From the NCBI RefSeq assembly GCF_009914755.1, contig NC_060938.1: DNA of 64,000 nucleotides. One strand, written 5' to 3'. The position numbers and the translations under genes were made by a program. The notes under the pieces were generated by a model. The model had not been told where the DNA came from. It saw only the letters and a list, made by a program, of their open reading frames with translations, and did not search any database. This document shows, piece by piece, positions 1 to 16,331 of the stretch. This stretch comes from the human T2T-CHM13v2.0 reference genome, Homo sapiens. Every line of letters starts with the position of its first letter. The stretch's first letter is position 1.

Positions 1-452
1 TTACCCTTTTGTAAAAAGCTCACACGCAACTTTTACCAAATATAACCACATACAATAAGCAGTTTCAGTTCAATCTATCAAAAGGGAAGTTTCTTCAGTT
101 CATTCCAACAAGTATCTTCTGATTGAACCCAAGTTGGAGGAAGGAATATAGACAAAGCTTTACATGCTAATTACCGGTGGCAGGTACCTGTATTTAAAAT
201 CAACAATTATGGTTTTCCTACACAAAACCCCAACCCTCCCACCCAAAAACCCTAGGTGCTACAGTTCCATGGCTTGCCAGTAAGTAGTGTCTATGTTGTC
301 AAGGTCTATCTTTGTTCCAGTAGCTTTGCTTCTACTGCACTTTTCTGACATGCAGAAACGAAGTTTTGGTTGGCATATGCCCCAAGTTTCAAACTGTCCG
401 CTTTACATTTTTTTTAAGTTTCTTTTATTTATAAAAGAAAAAAAGCAACTCT
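1..452 (-). other. GTF2A1: GTF2A1 3' UTR (proximal part; probably continues past the window edge)
   Basis: Follows stop codon; AATAAA at 429-424. Confidence 0.85.
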
Positions 453-560
453 TCACCATTCTGCATCTCCAATGGCTTTGGAAAATATATAATCTCTTCC
501 ATTAAGATTCATAATGCCATCCTTGAGATGAAATTTCCATTTGTTTTTACTTCTGTGTAT
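453..560 (-). CDS. GTF2A1: GTF2A1 exon 9 coding part (IHRSKNKWKFHLKDG...GDAEW*)
   Basis: 108 nt; acceptor TTGTTTAG|ATA; TGA at 455-453; conserved TFIIA-beta barrel C-terminus; spliced total 376 aa. Confidence 0.98.
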   Translation of the reverse strand: MHRSKNKWKFHLKDGIMNLNGRDYIFSKAIGDAEW

Positions 561-705
561 CTAAACAAAAACAACATTTTAAAAATTGAGAGATACAATC
601 AGAAAACAGAGAAAACAAGTAACAAAAAACCCATACACACACACACGTACACACACACCCCCCCACAAAACAGTATTTACAGTATTGTATTTGCAAATTG
701 GTTTG

Positions 706-828
706 TTTTTGTAGAAGAAGGGTCTCCTATGTTGTGCAGGCTGGGCTCGAGCTCCTGGCCTCACGTGATCCTTCTATCTCAGCCTCCCAAAGTGTTGGGA
801 TTACAAGCGTGAGTCACAGCACCTGGCC
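706..828 (-). mobile_element. Alu monomer (FLAM/AluJ-like)
   Basis: CTCAGCCTCCCAAAGTGTTGGGATTACA...CCTGGCC. Confidence 0.85.
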
Positions 829-1742
829 TAAAAATTGGTTTCTTAATAAAGTTTAATTTCACCAAAAAGAACAACAACAACAAAAAAACCACACACAAAA
901 CTCACTAGGTGGGTCTAAAAACAAATTTATCTGTAATTAGTACTATTTTATAGCTTTTAGTACTTGTGTTCATTAAAGTAGTTAAAAAATATTTCTTTAC
1001 AAAATGTCTTATCTCTCTACCAGGTTTGCATATATATTTTCAAGGTCTACCTCAAAAAGACTATCCTCCACAAAGCTTTCCCAAATCTTACCAGCTAAAA
1101 CTATTCTTTTCCACTGTTAAATTCCCAATGGTATTTTCATTGACATTTCTTACATTATTTGTAAGTAATACAATTATGGACTCATTTCTTCTACCAAAAT
1201 AAAACTCCTTATAGAGTTCTCAAGACCTAACTACCATGGAACCTTATACATAGCAGTATTTTAAAAATACATCTAAAGGATGCTAATCATCCAGTCACTT
1301 ACACCAGATTTCAAAAACTATGTACATCCACAGTTAAACAAAAAGAGCTGAAGGGCAGGCTCTGGGCACTCCCATCTTTGCCTTCACTTATAGTCCGTAG
1401 TTGTTTGTAATTCCATGGATTTGGTGGGGGAGAGGAGTTGTAAAACTTAATGAACTGAAGTGACCTTTCTTCCTTTTCCCAGTAAGTCACACTAATTATT
1501 TAATGTTCAAGTTCCACATCTTCTGCAAAGAAGGCCCCCTGGTTCTCCCTATTCTATGATCTAAAGGTACCTAAAAAAAAAAAAAAATCAACTAGTTCAG
1601 GCTTTCATTTTCAGAAGAAGAAATGACAGATTGGATAGGGTTCAATGGTTTGACCAAGTGTATACTGCTACTAAGTGACAATCATGATTTTCAAGTCTTG
1701 GTCCAGTACGCTTTTACTAAATCAGTCTGTTTCATATAATAA

Positions 1743-2071
<329 letters not shown>

Positions 2072-2539
2072 AGGTACAGATATTTTCTGAGATCTCATTC
2101 CTAAAATTCCATGGCCTAACCTCCCAGTGCAAACATTCTTCATGACATATTCCTGGCAAATGGTTGTGCAGTGTCTGCTTAAATACGATTAGAAACAGTG
2201 AGCAAAGAATTTCAAATTAAGTTATTCCTTTTTGGAACAGCTCTCTTGTAAAATCTTTCAGAGTTTACCCTTACGGAAATCTGCTTCTCCAACTTCCATT
2301 TATTGATCCTAGCTCTGCTTTTTGAGACTTAAAAAAAAAAAATCACTCAATCAAACAACCTTCATCTTATTTGGAAACTACTCTCATGTTCTTCTTCTGG
2401 ATTCAAACTTTGCTTACTTATTAAAGCAAAACAAAGCACAATAAAGGTAAAACAGCAGGTAGGGTAAAGACTGTTGGATTAAGAACTAATTATATCTCTG
2501 GTCTAAATACACTACATAAATGCTAAATGTAGCATCTTA

Positions 2540-3450
2540 AGATTGATGACTTGAATGTCTAACGGACATACCAGACTTGGCATGTCCAACCAGCTCCACA
2601 TGCAGCTTTTCCTCATCTGAACTGATGGTATCACCATCCTTCTTTCAGAATCCTCATCAAAAAATCTCAAGAGTCATTCTTGATTCCTTTTTCTTTTCTA
2701 CCACAAATCTCAGAGTCAGGAAATGCTGTTAACATTCTTCCTTCAAAACAAATCCAAAATCCAACTACTTCTCACCAACTTTAATACCATCACCATAGGC
2801 CGAGTCATCATTATCTCCCATGTGAATTATTATAATATCCCCCTAAATAGTCTCGTTTCAGCAACCTCTGCTTCCTCCTCATATTATGCTCTCTACAAAG
2901 AAAGCAAAGTAATCCTTTCAAAATTTAAATCAGTTCATACCATTTGTCTCACTGAAACCTTCCAATAACTTTCTGATTCACTTAAGAGTAAGAGCCATGT
3001 CCTTACAAAATCCTTACTATCTGCCTTCCCTTACCTCTCTACCTACTACTGTACTCTCCTCTTCCCTCACTCCAGTCTAGCCACACAGGCCTCCTTGCTG
3101 TTCCTCACATACAACAGACTCTGCCACCAGATGACAGGGCTAACTCTTTCCAAGTCTTTGCTAAAATGTCATTTTCTCCAAAGACCTACTATGACTATCC
3201 TATTTAAAACTGAAACCAAACCTGTCCTCTTTCCCTGCTCTTTATTTTTCCATACCGACTATCAGCTTCTAACATATAAATATTTTATTATGTTTTAAAT
3301 AAGTAAATAAATCCTAATTTATTATGTTTTAGCATCTATCTCCCCTGATTGGAGTAAGCTTCCCAATGGCAGGGACTGTTCTGTTTTGATCATTAGTGTA
3401 TCTCAAGCTCCAAGAATAGTGCCAAGGGACATCATAAACAGTATCTGTTG
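2540..3450 (+). mobile_element. Old L2 LINE 3' fragment
   Basis: Degenerate L2-like tracts (gagtcattcttgattcc, ctccagtctagccacacaggcctccttgctgttcctc). Confidence 0.65.
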
Positions 3451-5760
3451 CACATGAAAAGAGCTGTCTCCCCTTATCTTTGAATTCCTATAAAGTATTA
3501 TTTATTCTACAAACGTGTATACAAATGTATTTCCAGCATGAACCAAGTGACTGCAACCAGAAAGACCGTGGGCTTAGCTAGACAAAAACAAGAAAGTGAT
3601 GAGTAGCCAGGAAATAAGAGATTCTATAGACAAGTAAAGAAACTGCCTGCATTCTGTCATAGGACAGGACAATTTGCAAAAAATAAATGTACCAAAGTTT
3701 CATGGGCCAACTAATCCACACAGTCAACACTGAAGTCATGTTGGGTAATAAATGGTAAATATTTTTATATTAATAGAAGTACAAAGTCACAACTTAAAAA
3801 GCAATCTATTTACCGGCCCTAAGCCCTTCATGAAGGAATATTCTTAAAGCCAGGAGAAAGCCCTCTTAAATTTCCTAATTAAAAATGTGTTAAAGCAAGT
3901 TTACCTACATCTGATGCTATTTTCGCTAAATGCTGTATCAGCCCTTATCCACCCACACGTAAGCAAGAACTCTACCATATTATTAGCATTTAACTAAGAT
4001 TCTGATTTGATTGGCAATACAAGCTTTATTAGTCGTTCTATGATCTCTTCTAAAATTGACTCATTGTTGACATTCTAAAGTTAAGGCTTCAAAACTACAT
4101 TCCTGAAATTCAAGTTGGCTCAAACAATATCCAACCTCATTTTGCGCAGTCAAAGAAAACTGCTGTTCTTTACTATTGGCTAAAGACATCAAGCCACCAC
4201 CCTCCTCCAATCTTCAGAGCAATTCATTTGATTCTCAAAATTAGACCTCTGCAAATTTTAAAATTATTTATCATTCAGCACACCATTTAGAGCTATCTCC
4301 CACTTACTAATTTAAAACAGTAAAGTAATGTCTCTGGGAGCAAAACAAACCAATTTTAACATTTAAAATATTATGAGTACAGTTTGTGCCAAAGGAGAAT
4401 ACAACCATTGTCTTAAAGTAGGAAGACACTTAAAAGTATATTCTTCAGTCAGGCTAAAACAAAGGTCCTCGCTTGCCTGATAAATCTGACATCTCATCAT
4501 GAAATTGTGTTCTGGATAATTTGGTTGCAAGGAGATCCTCTGAGACTTCCTAACAATAAAGATTTAATGGTATCTTTTGTTTTAACCTCATAGTCTTGCT
4601 CTATGTGTATCTAACAGGAAATTACATTTATTATACTGCACATGGTATATGGTTTTAAGAACAGTCTCTCAGAAGTCATTATGCACAAAAATGAATGCTG
4701 TGAAACTCTCAATGACCTTACTGTCTTCATTCTATAACTTCACTGGTAAAACTAGCCTAACTCCACCTTTTTATTAGTAAATAAGATCCATAGTGTTGGC
4801 ATTCTCCCTATAGATCTGTTTGAAGTAAGCACGGCTACTTATCACATTCATTTCCATAAAAGCAACAGAATTAAGATTTTCTTCATCTATAAAGGAAACT
4901 TCATGCAAGGCATGAATTTTACATGTTCATAACTACATCGCCAGGGCCTAGAATAGTGTCTGGTAAATTTCCGCACTCTATAAATGTTGAATAAATAAGC
5001 TTTTGTTAGAATTTTTAGCATTTGGTAAAGATCTCTACTAAAATTATAAATGCAACGTAATATTTGCATGCATTATAAATTTAATGATTGCAATAAAAAA
5101 ACTGTATTACAATTTAAATGTCTTGAAAACAAAAATCTCAGAAATAATACAAATAAATGTAACAAAAATACTTGGAAAGAAGCACCCTGTCTAGGAATTA
5201 AGAAAATAAGGAATCAATGGCTAGTTTTCACAGTATCTGGTTTAAAAATTCCTTAATGTTAGCAAACTACAGCAAAGTTAAATAATATTTTAAATAATTT
5301 TCAGTAAAAACTTATGTTTGTTTTTAGCACTGTTCATTGCCTTAGTCTTTTCCTTAATAATAAAAACAGTTACAGAGATTCAATTGAACCCTTCTAGTTT
5401 TGAGATAGTTGAGGCTAAATAGAAAACAGAATTATCTCATTGAGTTAGCTATTACCACAAAGGACAACCTCAAAGTGGCTGTTTACTCTGCTTACAAGTT
5501 CAAAGACTGTCTAAATAGAAAAAGAAGATCGTAGCTCTTTTCATTTCATTCATAACTTATTTTTCAAACATAAAGCTAAGAAATTAATCTTTCATTCTAT
5601 TAAAATAATCCACAAAACTCTAACAGGGTTTTCGTACTATTCATAATGAATTTAAGAGGCATGAATCAGCTGCCCAAATGTTTCAATAAGGCAGAAAGAA
5701 TAATGTAGGGAAGAAATTACAACACAAATAACGTCAGTAATCTGAAGATGACATCCTTAC

Positions 5761-5850
5761 CTTATCATATTGGCATACAACAACATTTTCTGTGTCAAAG
5801 AGTTCCTGTCCTTCCTCATCACTCACATCATCTTCACTATTGAGGGGCTC
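5761..5850 (-). CDS. GTF2A1: GTF2A1 exon 8 (EPLNSEDDVSDEEGQELFDTENVVVCQYDK)
   Basis: 90 nt; acceptor TTTGTAG|GAG, donor AAG|GTAAGG. Confidence 0.98.
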
Positions 5851-6098
5851 CTACAAATAAAAGGAGAGTTCTTATTACTATAAGAAGGCCTTAATATTCA
5901 CTGAAAAAAAAAATATAATGACCTTGATGTTCTTTGAGAACCAAATGCCAAATGCATATATGTACGCCATGAATTTAATATTGTCAAATCAGCTGTTAAC
6001 AGTTTGCCAATATTACTGAAATGTAAGAAATTAAATATAATTAAATTAGCTAAGCTATGTAATTTTTAAGTCTGAAAAGATGTTTATCTTTATTTTCT

Positions 6099-6380
6099 TC
6101 TTTCTTTTTTTGAGACACAGTCTCGCTCTGTAGCCAGGCTGGTGCAATCTCGGCTCACTGCAACCTCTGCCTCCCGGCTTCGAGCAATTCTCCTGCCTCA
6201 GCCTCCCCAGTAGCTGGCACTACTGGCACGCGCCACCACACCCAGCTAATTTTTGTGTTTTTAGTACAGACGGTGTTTCACAATGTTGGCCAAGATGGTC
6301 TTGATCTCTTGACCTCGTGATCCACCCGCCTAGGCCTCCCAAAGTGCTGGGATTACAGGCGTGAGCCACCACACCCGGCC
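6099..6380 (-). mobile_element. Alu
   Basis: Dimer; TSD TATCTTTATTTTCT. Confidence 0.95.
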
Positions 6381-6894
6381 TATCTTTATTTTCTTTATTT
6401 TTTAAAAACAGTACAAGAAGATAATTCTCTACAATAACTGTTTAAGATGCCTAGAAAAGGACCTAATATGAAGGTTCAAAAGAGCTAATGGCACTATGTA
6501 CTACAAATCATATAAAACAGAAAACAGTGGAGAAATTAGAGGAGAAAAGAAGAGCAATGCAATAGGCTAGCAGTCTGCCTTGCTGTCTTTACATTAAAGA
6601 ACTTGGACTCTAAATACAAATCAGCATGTTTAGCATGATGATGGTTATGGTAGAGGTATGAAGCAGAATTAAGATTCAGACTTTTTTTTTTTCTTAAAGG
6701 CAGAAAGTAGGAAATCTCAGCATTAAAGAGAGTTAGGGGCCAAGATAAAACCTAACTAGAGCATAAAATAAACAACCATGTTAAATTTCGCTTCAATTGT
6801 GACAGAAGATAGAAGATGTAACTGAGATTTCTAATAAATGCAGAAAGAGAAGACAAAACAAAAGTAGAGAAGACAATAATCAAGACTATATTAT

Positions 6895-7199
6895 GGACAG
6901 GCACAGTGGCTCATGCCTGTTAATTCTAGCACTTTGGGTGGCCTAGGCGGGACAATCACTTCAGGCCAGGAGTTTGAGACCAGCCAGGGAAATACAGTGA
7001 GATGCCACCTCTACAAAAAATAAAAAAAATTAGCGAGGTATGGTGGCATATGCCTATAGTCCCACCTACTCAGGAGGATGAGGGTGGGAGGATTACTTGA
7101 ACCCAGGTGGTTGAAGCTATGAGCCTTGATCACACCATTGCACTCCAGCCTGGACAACAACCTGAGACTCTATATCAACAATAAGAACAAAAAAAAAAA
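6895..7199 (+). mobile_element. Alu (AluJ-like)
   Basis: Diverged dimer with A tail. Confidence 0.9.
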
Positions 7200-7301
7200 T
7201 TATTATGTCTAGGCCTATACCTACTTACACAGGTGTGTATGTATAGATATTCTTTAATTTAAAATAGGTATCATCAATGTAAAATGAAAAAAATTTTCTA
7301 C

Positions 7302-7614
<313 letters not shown>

Positions 7615-8489
7615 TCAAGTTAACAACATTCACTATTTTAGCATTTGTACATGTACAATTCAGGTGCAATGAACATTTACAGTGTATATAACACTCACCA
7701 CTACCTAGTTCCAGAACATTTCATCACTCTTACCTATTAAGCTGTCACTCCCCATTCTCCCTGTCCCCTGGCAATCTATAATCTGCTGTCTGTATGGATT
7801 TGCCTATTCTGGATATTTCATATAAATGGAATCATATAATATGTGGCGTTGTGTGGCTGATGTCTTTCACATAGCATGTTTTCAAGGTTCATCCATGTTG
7901 TAGCATATACGAATACTTCATTCTTCTTATGGCTAAATAATATTCCACTGTTATCAGCTGATGAACATTTGGGTTTATACCACTTGGATATCATAAATAG
8001 GGCTGCTATGAACAGTCACATACAAGTTTTTGTTGAAAAACATGTTTTCAGTTCTCTTGTGTATATATTTAAGAGTGGAACTGCTGGGTCATATGGATAA
8101 TTCTATACTGAATTTTTGAGGACTATCAAACTGTTTCCCACAGCAGCTGTACCATTTTACATTTCCACCAACAATGCACAAGGGCTCCAATTTCTCCAAA
8201 TCCTCACCAGCATTTATTTTCTCTTTCTTTTTTGAGTATAGCTATTCTAGAAGGTGTAAAGTGGTTATCTCAGTGTGGTTTTCATTTGCATTTCTCTAAT
8301 GACTAATGATGCTGAGCATCTTTTCATATGCTTGTTAGCTATTTGTGTATCTTCTTTGGAGAAATGTCTATTCAAGTTCTTTGCCAGTTTTTAAATTGCA
8401 TTATCTTTTTGTTGTTACGCTGTTTAAGAGTTCTTTATATATTCTGGATAGTAGATCCTTATCAAATACATGATTTGCAAATATTTTCT

Positions 8490-8636
8490 CCCAGCTACTC
8501 AGGAGGCTGAGGCAGAAAGATCACTCCAGCCCGGGAGGTCAAGATGCTGAGGCTGCAGTGAGCCACGATCATGCCACTGCACTCCAGTCTGGGCAACAGA
8601 GTGAGATTCTGTCTCAAACAAAAACAAAAACAAAAA
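8490..8636 (+). mobile_element. Alu right-arm fragment
   Basis: CCCAGCTACTCAGGAGGCTGAGG...CTGTCTCAAA. Confidence 0.85.
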
Positions 8637-8717
8637 CCACCTTTTTAATCTACAAAGTCCACTTTTTCTTTGATTGCTTGTACTCTGGGTGTCATGTCTA
8701 AGAAAACTGTTGCAAGC

Positions 8718-9043
<326 letters not shown>

Positions 9044-9269
9044 TTACCCCTATGTTTTCTTCTAAGAGTTTTATAATTTCAGCTCTTAGATGTAGGTCCC
9101 TAATCCACTTTAATTTTTGTATGTGGTATGCCGTAGGGGTCCAACTTAACTCTTTTGCATGCGGATATCTAATTGTCCAAGCATAATTTGTTGAAGACTA
9201 TTCTGTCCCTACTGAATAGTCTTGGTTGATGTTAAAGTTTTGCAACAAATAGCATAAATAGCAATATTC

Positions 9270-12050
9270 TATTTTAAAAAGATTAAGTTTACAGATCCAA
9301 AATGTTTGAAAAGTGAAAGAATGAAAAAAGCTGTACCAGGCAAATTCTAACCACAACAAAGCTGGTACAGCTCTAACAGTATCATACAAACAGACTTCAT
9401 GGTTAAAAAAAATTTACTAGCAATAACTTAAGACATTGTATGATCATAAATGGTTCAACTCACTGAGAAAAAACAATGAATGTTAAACTTACATGCACCT
9501 GTTTTGAGGCTCAAAATACAAAAAGGAAAAATGGCAGAAAAACAAGAAGAAATATATCAACTACCATAGCAGGAAACATGAACATATCTCACTCAGTAGT
9601 AAAAAATGGATCAAGTGGCCAGGCGCGGTGGCTCATGCCTATAATCCCAGCACTTTGGGAGGCCAAGGTGGGCGGATCACGAGGTCAGGAGATCAAGACC
9701 ATCCTGGCTAACACAGCGAAACCCCATCTCTACTAAAAATACAAAAAATTAGCCGGGCGAGGTGGCGGGCACCTCTAGTCCCAGCTACTCAGGAGGCTGA
9801 GGCAGGAGAATGGCGTAAACCCGGGGGATGGAGCATGCAGTGAGCAGAGATAGTGCCACTGCACTCCAGCTTGGGTGACAGAGCGAGACTCCATCTCAAA
9901 AAAAAAATGGATCAAGCACACAAAAAATATCAAGGATACATAAAGAGCATCTGAGCAAACCTACTGACAATATAAATCTAACAGACACATACAAATACCA
10001 AACAAGTGCAGAAAACACATTCTTTTCAAAGCATATACAAAAACTGACCAAATCAAGCAAGTCTCAAGCAATTTCAAAAGATTCACACATCACACAGATC
10101 ATATTCTCTACAAACAAAACAGTTAAGTCAGAAAAGAATAGAATGGGAAAAACACACTAGAGAGAATAAAGCTAAAAGTTTACTCTTTGAAAACATTAAT
10201 AAAATCAACACATCCCTGGTAAGACTGAACAGGGAAAAAAAAGATGGCACAATAATTATATTAGGAATGAAGATGACAAAGGATTCTGGCATCAAAAAGA
10301 CAATATCATGATTAACTTTATGTTAATCAACTTGAAAATTTAGATAAATATATAGAGAGTCCTAGAAAAATATAACTTATCAAAACGGTCTCAAACAGAA
10401 ACAAAATACTTGAAGGGCATGAGATTACTAGACCCAGGTATCTGTAGTGTCATGTTTTAACAAATATCAACAGAAGAATTAAATACAATCTTTGAAAAAA
10501 AAAAAAGAGTTCAAAATACAGGAAACATGTCCCCAAATTCATTTAACAAAGCTACCATAACTGAAAACCTTGTAAGAAGAGTATGAGAACAGAAAATCAC
10601 ACAGTATCTATCAATCATAAATATCTACAAAAAAGTCCTCAACAAAATGAATTCAGCAATTTATAAAAAGAGAAATATAAAATGATCAAGTTGTGCTATC
10701 CCAGGAGTACAAGATTGGTTTACAAATAGAAAATCAATTAATGAAATCCATTATAAATAACATTACGTGAGAAATTATACAAATCATTGCAGAAAAGGTG
10801 TTTAATTAAATGCAACATTCACTTACAGTTTAAAAAACAAAGCAATGCAAAGAAGGGAATTTACTTAACCTGATGAAGATATCCATTAAAAAAAAAGAAA
10901 ACCCACAACAAACATTAAACTTAACAGTGAAGCATGGAAAAGATTACTTTTCAGTTTAAGAAGAAGAGAAGAGTGCCTGCTATCACCACTTCTAATCAAT
11001 ACTGTTCCCGAAGGCTTAGCCAATGAGCCACAAAAAACTGCCGTTCTTCATATAAGATGTGAAAGTCTACACAGAAGATACAAAAGAATCTACAGATACA
11101 TTATGAGGACTAACAAAAGACATTAGGACGGTGGCTGGTTCAAGGATGAATATTAAAAGCGCTACATATTTCCATCCTACCAATAAACTGGAAAAGGTAA
11201 TAAAAACATGTTACTTCGAGAAGCACTGAAACTATGAAGAATTTAGGGGGAGGAAACGGGCAAGAGACCTCAATAAGCACTTCTATACAAAACACAAATA
11301 TCAAATAAATATACAAAAAGAGGCTAAAACTCCTAAGTGAGGAAATGCAAACTAAAACCAAAATGAAATACTATTTTCTACCTACCAGACCAGCAAAAAT
11401 CAGGAAGCCTGACACTATCAGGTATTGATAAGGGGGTATGGACATCTGCACAATTATGTATTGAATGGCAGAAGTGATTTGGCATTTTATTATAAAGTTG
11501 CAGATGTGCATGACTTAGGAGCCAGAAGTTCAATGTTCGGTATAAAATTTAGAGAACCTCTTGCATTTGTGTCCCCAGAAGACATACACTACAATATTTT
11601 ATAACTGTTTGTAACAGTAAACAACAAGAAACAATCCTGATGTCCACTGGATTAGAAAAATTGACAAATAAAATTATGGTATATTCAGCAATGAAAATAA
11701 TTATAGCTATATGCAACAACTTGGATAAACCTCAGGAATATCATTTTAAGGGGAAAAAACCAACTTGCAGAAGAATACGTAATTACTTCATTTACGTTGT
11801 AAACATGCAAAACTAAACAATATGCTATTTAGGAATATAAATATATATGGTAAAATATAAAAGCAATTAATAATCAACACAAATGTATGAGCAAAGGTAC
11901 TTTGATGGCCTAGGAATGATGGGATTAGGGAGAGGCATCTAAGGCACTTTAAATAATGGAATTTTATTTTAACTAGATGGTGGGCACCAGGATGATTTTT
12001 ATCTTGAAACATTTCTATTCATTTGTGTCTATTCAATATTCAATAATAAA
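9270..12050 (+). mobile_element. Very old L1 (L1ME-like) ORF2/3' remnants
   Basis: A-rich degenerate ORF2-like tracts (aaaatcaattaatgaaatcc, tatcaccacttctaatcaatactg, gaaatgcaaactaaaacca). Confidence 0.7.
9617..9899 (+). mobile_element. Alu (AluY-like)
   Basis: Dimer; TSD AAAAAAATGGATCAAG. Confidence 0.95.
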
Positions 12051-12741
12051 CTATGTTTTCTTCAGAAAAAAAATTACTTAGATAATTTAGAAGAACTTTG
12101 TACTAAGAAACAAAAAGACTGCATTTTAGGCTAACGAAGGCAATTAACAGTGAAAATTGTGGTGGGACAAATAGTTTTTGGAGCCTAGTAACTAAGCTGA
12201 AATAGTGAGGAAAACAAAGGCATATTTATATGCTTCTAGAAGAACACAGACATTAAGGGTACATAGGTTTTTAAGGAAGTGGTATAGAACATGGACCAAA
12301 AGGTTTTAAATATTTAATAAATTTGTGACATTTGGTTCTTGAGTTTGCTCTCTCCCCAAATGTTGCCACGCTTTTTAAATTACTGAAGCAAAAGATTAAC
12401 CACATCTATTTATCTACCAATGTCTTATGTTTAAGCCACATTATAAATGCGTAAGCCAGAGTTAGAATTACCTGTACTCTTTACTACACATATTAATACA
12501 ATTTAATTTGTTATACATTTTTTATTACCAGCTATATGAAAGTTATATTTTATGAAGATAAATATAGCCAGAATATAAAAACCTTACTAAAGTTAAAACA
12601 ATCTAACTTTATCTTTAAAATCTTATGTTGTACAGCACCTAACAGTCTCTGAAAAAAACAGGATATAATTTATCAGTGTTGTACCAACTAAAAAAGGAAA
12701 TAATCAAGTAGATTATTTTAAGTATGTTACTAGAAACTTAC

Positions 12742-13062
12742 TTCTTCCACCTGCCCATCTTCAGCTCCATCTTTCTCTTTGTCTTCCTCCTCATCATCAT
12801 CATAGTCTTCTTCTTCATCTTCATCTTCTTCAGATGATGTATCCCCAGTTCCATCAACTTGTAAGACCAATGGAGCTTGTGTTTGAGCAGGCTGGGCCTG
12901 CGGTTGCTGCTGGCCAGTTGCAGTTATCTGTGCTTGGGCTGGTGTAGGTGCTGCCACTGTCGTAGGTATAACTTGAGTCTTATTTCCTGTAAATAAGATT
13001 TGCTGAGGCTGGATGATGACACCTGTCTGTGGTGAAATCCCTCCAGGAAGAGGAGCCAGCAC
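12742..13062 (-). CDS. GTF2A1: GTF2A1 exon 7 (VLAPLPGG...QVDG...acidic tract...VEE)
   Basis: 321 nt; ORF 12730..13062; acceptor CTTTAG|GTG, donor GAA|GTAAGT. Confidence 0.98.
12850..12861 (-). other. GTF2A1: Codons for the Taspase-1 cleavage motif QVD|G (D274/G275)
   Basis: CAA GTT GAT GGA; codon count places Asp at residue 274; established alpha/beta processing site. Confidence 0.93.
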
Positions 13063-13390
13063 CTAAAGCAAAAGAAAACCACATAACAGTAACTAGTTAA
13101 GAGGATCAAGTATGGTACACAGAAATAGAAACAAATGCTTAAGATTCACCAGAATGGCCATATTTCATACACAGTTAAAAACTACCAAAGTACAAAAGCA
13201 ATTAGTTTAACTAGTGTAGTGACCCATTAAATTTCTATTTTATCAAATTTCTAGAAAATAAGGATTTTCTAAAGATAACTGCTTCATTTATTGAGCACAT
13301 ACTATGTATATGCCAGCTACCAGGACAAAAGTTATACACTGCCTTCACATGAAGAACACTGGACTGAGAATCTGAAAACCTGGGTCTACC

Positions 13391-13681
<291 letters not shown>

Positions 13682-14299
13682 AACCTGGGTCTACTTTTGT
13701 CTAAAGTCAGACATAAATACAGCAGACGCAAGTCATTTAACTCCTCTTGGCCTCTGTCGTTTCACTGTCAAACTAGGCTTAATGGTTCTCAATCCTGGCT
13801 GCAAATATGAACCACCTGGCAACTTAAAAAGTACTGATACCTTGGCCATACCCCTAATATTCTGACTCAGTGTGAGATAAAAGCTAATTATTTTTCTAAA
13901 AACCACCAGATCAGATTTCTGAAGTTCCTTTCCAGGTTCTGCATCTAGGATTCTAAAGTAAGCCACAACTTGAAAAAATATATACTAACAAATATTAACT
14001 ATATGTATTATAATAAAGGAGGAGGACTAGATGCTTGTTACTTGCCATTAGGTTCAAGGAATGCAAAAATAAGACACAGTATTTCCTTTAAAATGCTTAC
14101 ACGTGGTGTAACAACACAAAAGACAAAAAAATGGTATAATAGACAAAGCACTAACAACTCAAAAACACAGCAGATGTAGTACAAATATGACACAGTGTTA
14201 TGGGAACACAAGAGAGTGTACCAAATTCAACTTAGGGGACAAAGCATGATCAAATATTACTTATATTATTAGTAAGTAGTTTCTGTTTGTGCTTAAAGG

Positions 14300-14593
14300 C
14301 AGCGGTCCCCAACCCCTGTTAGAAACTGGGCTGCACAGCAGGAGGTGAGTGGTGGATGAGCCAGCATCACCACCTGAACTCTGCTTCCTGTCAGATCAGC
14401 AGCAGCATGAGATTCTCATAGGAGCAGGAACCCTACTGTGAACTGCACATGCAAGGATGGAGGTTGTGCACTCCTTATGCCTGATGACCTGAATTAAAAG
14501 TTTCACCCCGAAACCATCCCTGCTGCCCAGTACATGGAAAAATTGTCTTCTGCAAAAACCAGTCCCTGGTGTCAAAAAGCTAAGAGACCGCTG
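14300..14593. mobile_element. MER1-type hAT-Charlie MITE
   Basis: TIRs CAGCGGTC / GACCGCTG; 8-bp TSD CTTAAAGG / CTTTAAGG. Confidence 0.85.
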
Positions 14594-15083
14594 CTTTAAG
14601 GAGATTAGCCAGGTTTTTCTATTTGTTTGGGGGAAGTGCAGGGAGTTGCCAGACGGCATTCTTAAGAGAAGTGTAACATCAAGTGAAACCCAGAAGTGAC
14701 AGCAGTACATAATTTTGGAAAGATGTAAATAAACTGGATTAATAGTACTGCTCTGATCTTGTCTCTATCATAATACTATTTTACTGACATTTAAAAAAGA
14801 GACAGACACATAAACATATAAAGTACATAAGTTCCTCAAGAAAATAACCATTCCTCTTTCATTTTAGTGCCACAGTACAAGAATATAACACAAGTAGATC
14901 CAAGTGTTTATTTTGATGTAAATGCAGCTAAAGAAAATAACTGGGAGCATGGCAAGAAATAAACCTGGAGAGTTCAAAGAAACAAGATCCACAAAAAGAT
15001 TTTATAAACCATGTTGAGTTGTTTAGGCTCTTCTCAGTAGGCAATGAAAAGCTGTTAAAAGTTTTAGGATTTTTAGAAAGATA

Positions 15084-15432
<349 letters not shown>

Positions 15433-15574
15433 TTAAGAAGACAATGCAGCATTTTAGTGACAAATCATGGACAGTATGAACTAAGGAAATGAAAAAAGAG
15501 GCTGAGAAAAAAACAGTGTCAAACATATTAAGGGACTGCAACCATGGCAAAACTGCAGTTAAAGAAAAAAAAAA

Positions 15575-15995
<421 letters not shown>

Positions 15996-16331
15996 TCATT
16001 CACTCCTAAATCCCCTGACCCTTGTGAATACCCCGAGACTCAGTAACTGCTTATTGAATAAAGGCTGAATGACCAGCTTAGGAAGCTGGAAGGAGAGTGC
16101 TGCCACCTTCGAGGGGATGATGAAGGATGGGCAGAGACAACAGTAATTGTTTAATACATGTTTAATACATGCTGAATCTAAGTTAAGCTGTATACAGGAG
16201 AAATTTGAAACAACTGGGTCTGTAGCACTGAAAAAGAGTCTTTTGTGCATATAAGGAGAGGGAAACTACCCAGGGAATACATACAGAATAAAACAGAACC
16301 CCATACTGATCATAATAGAAGATTATTTTAC

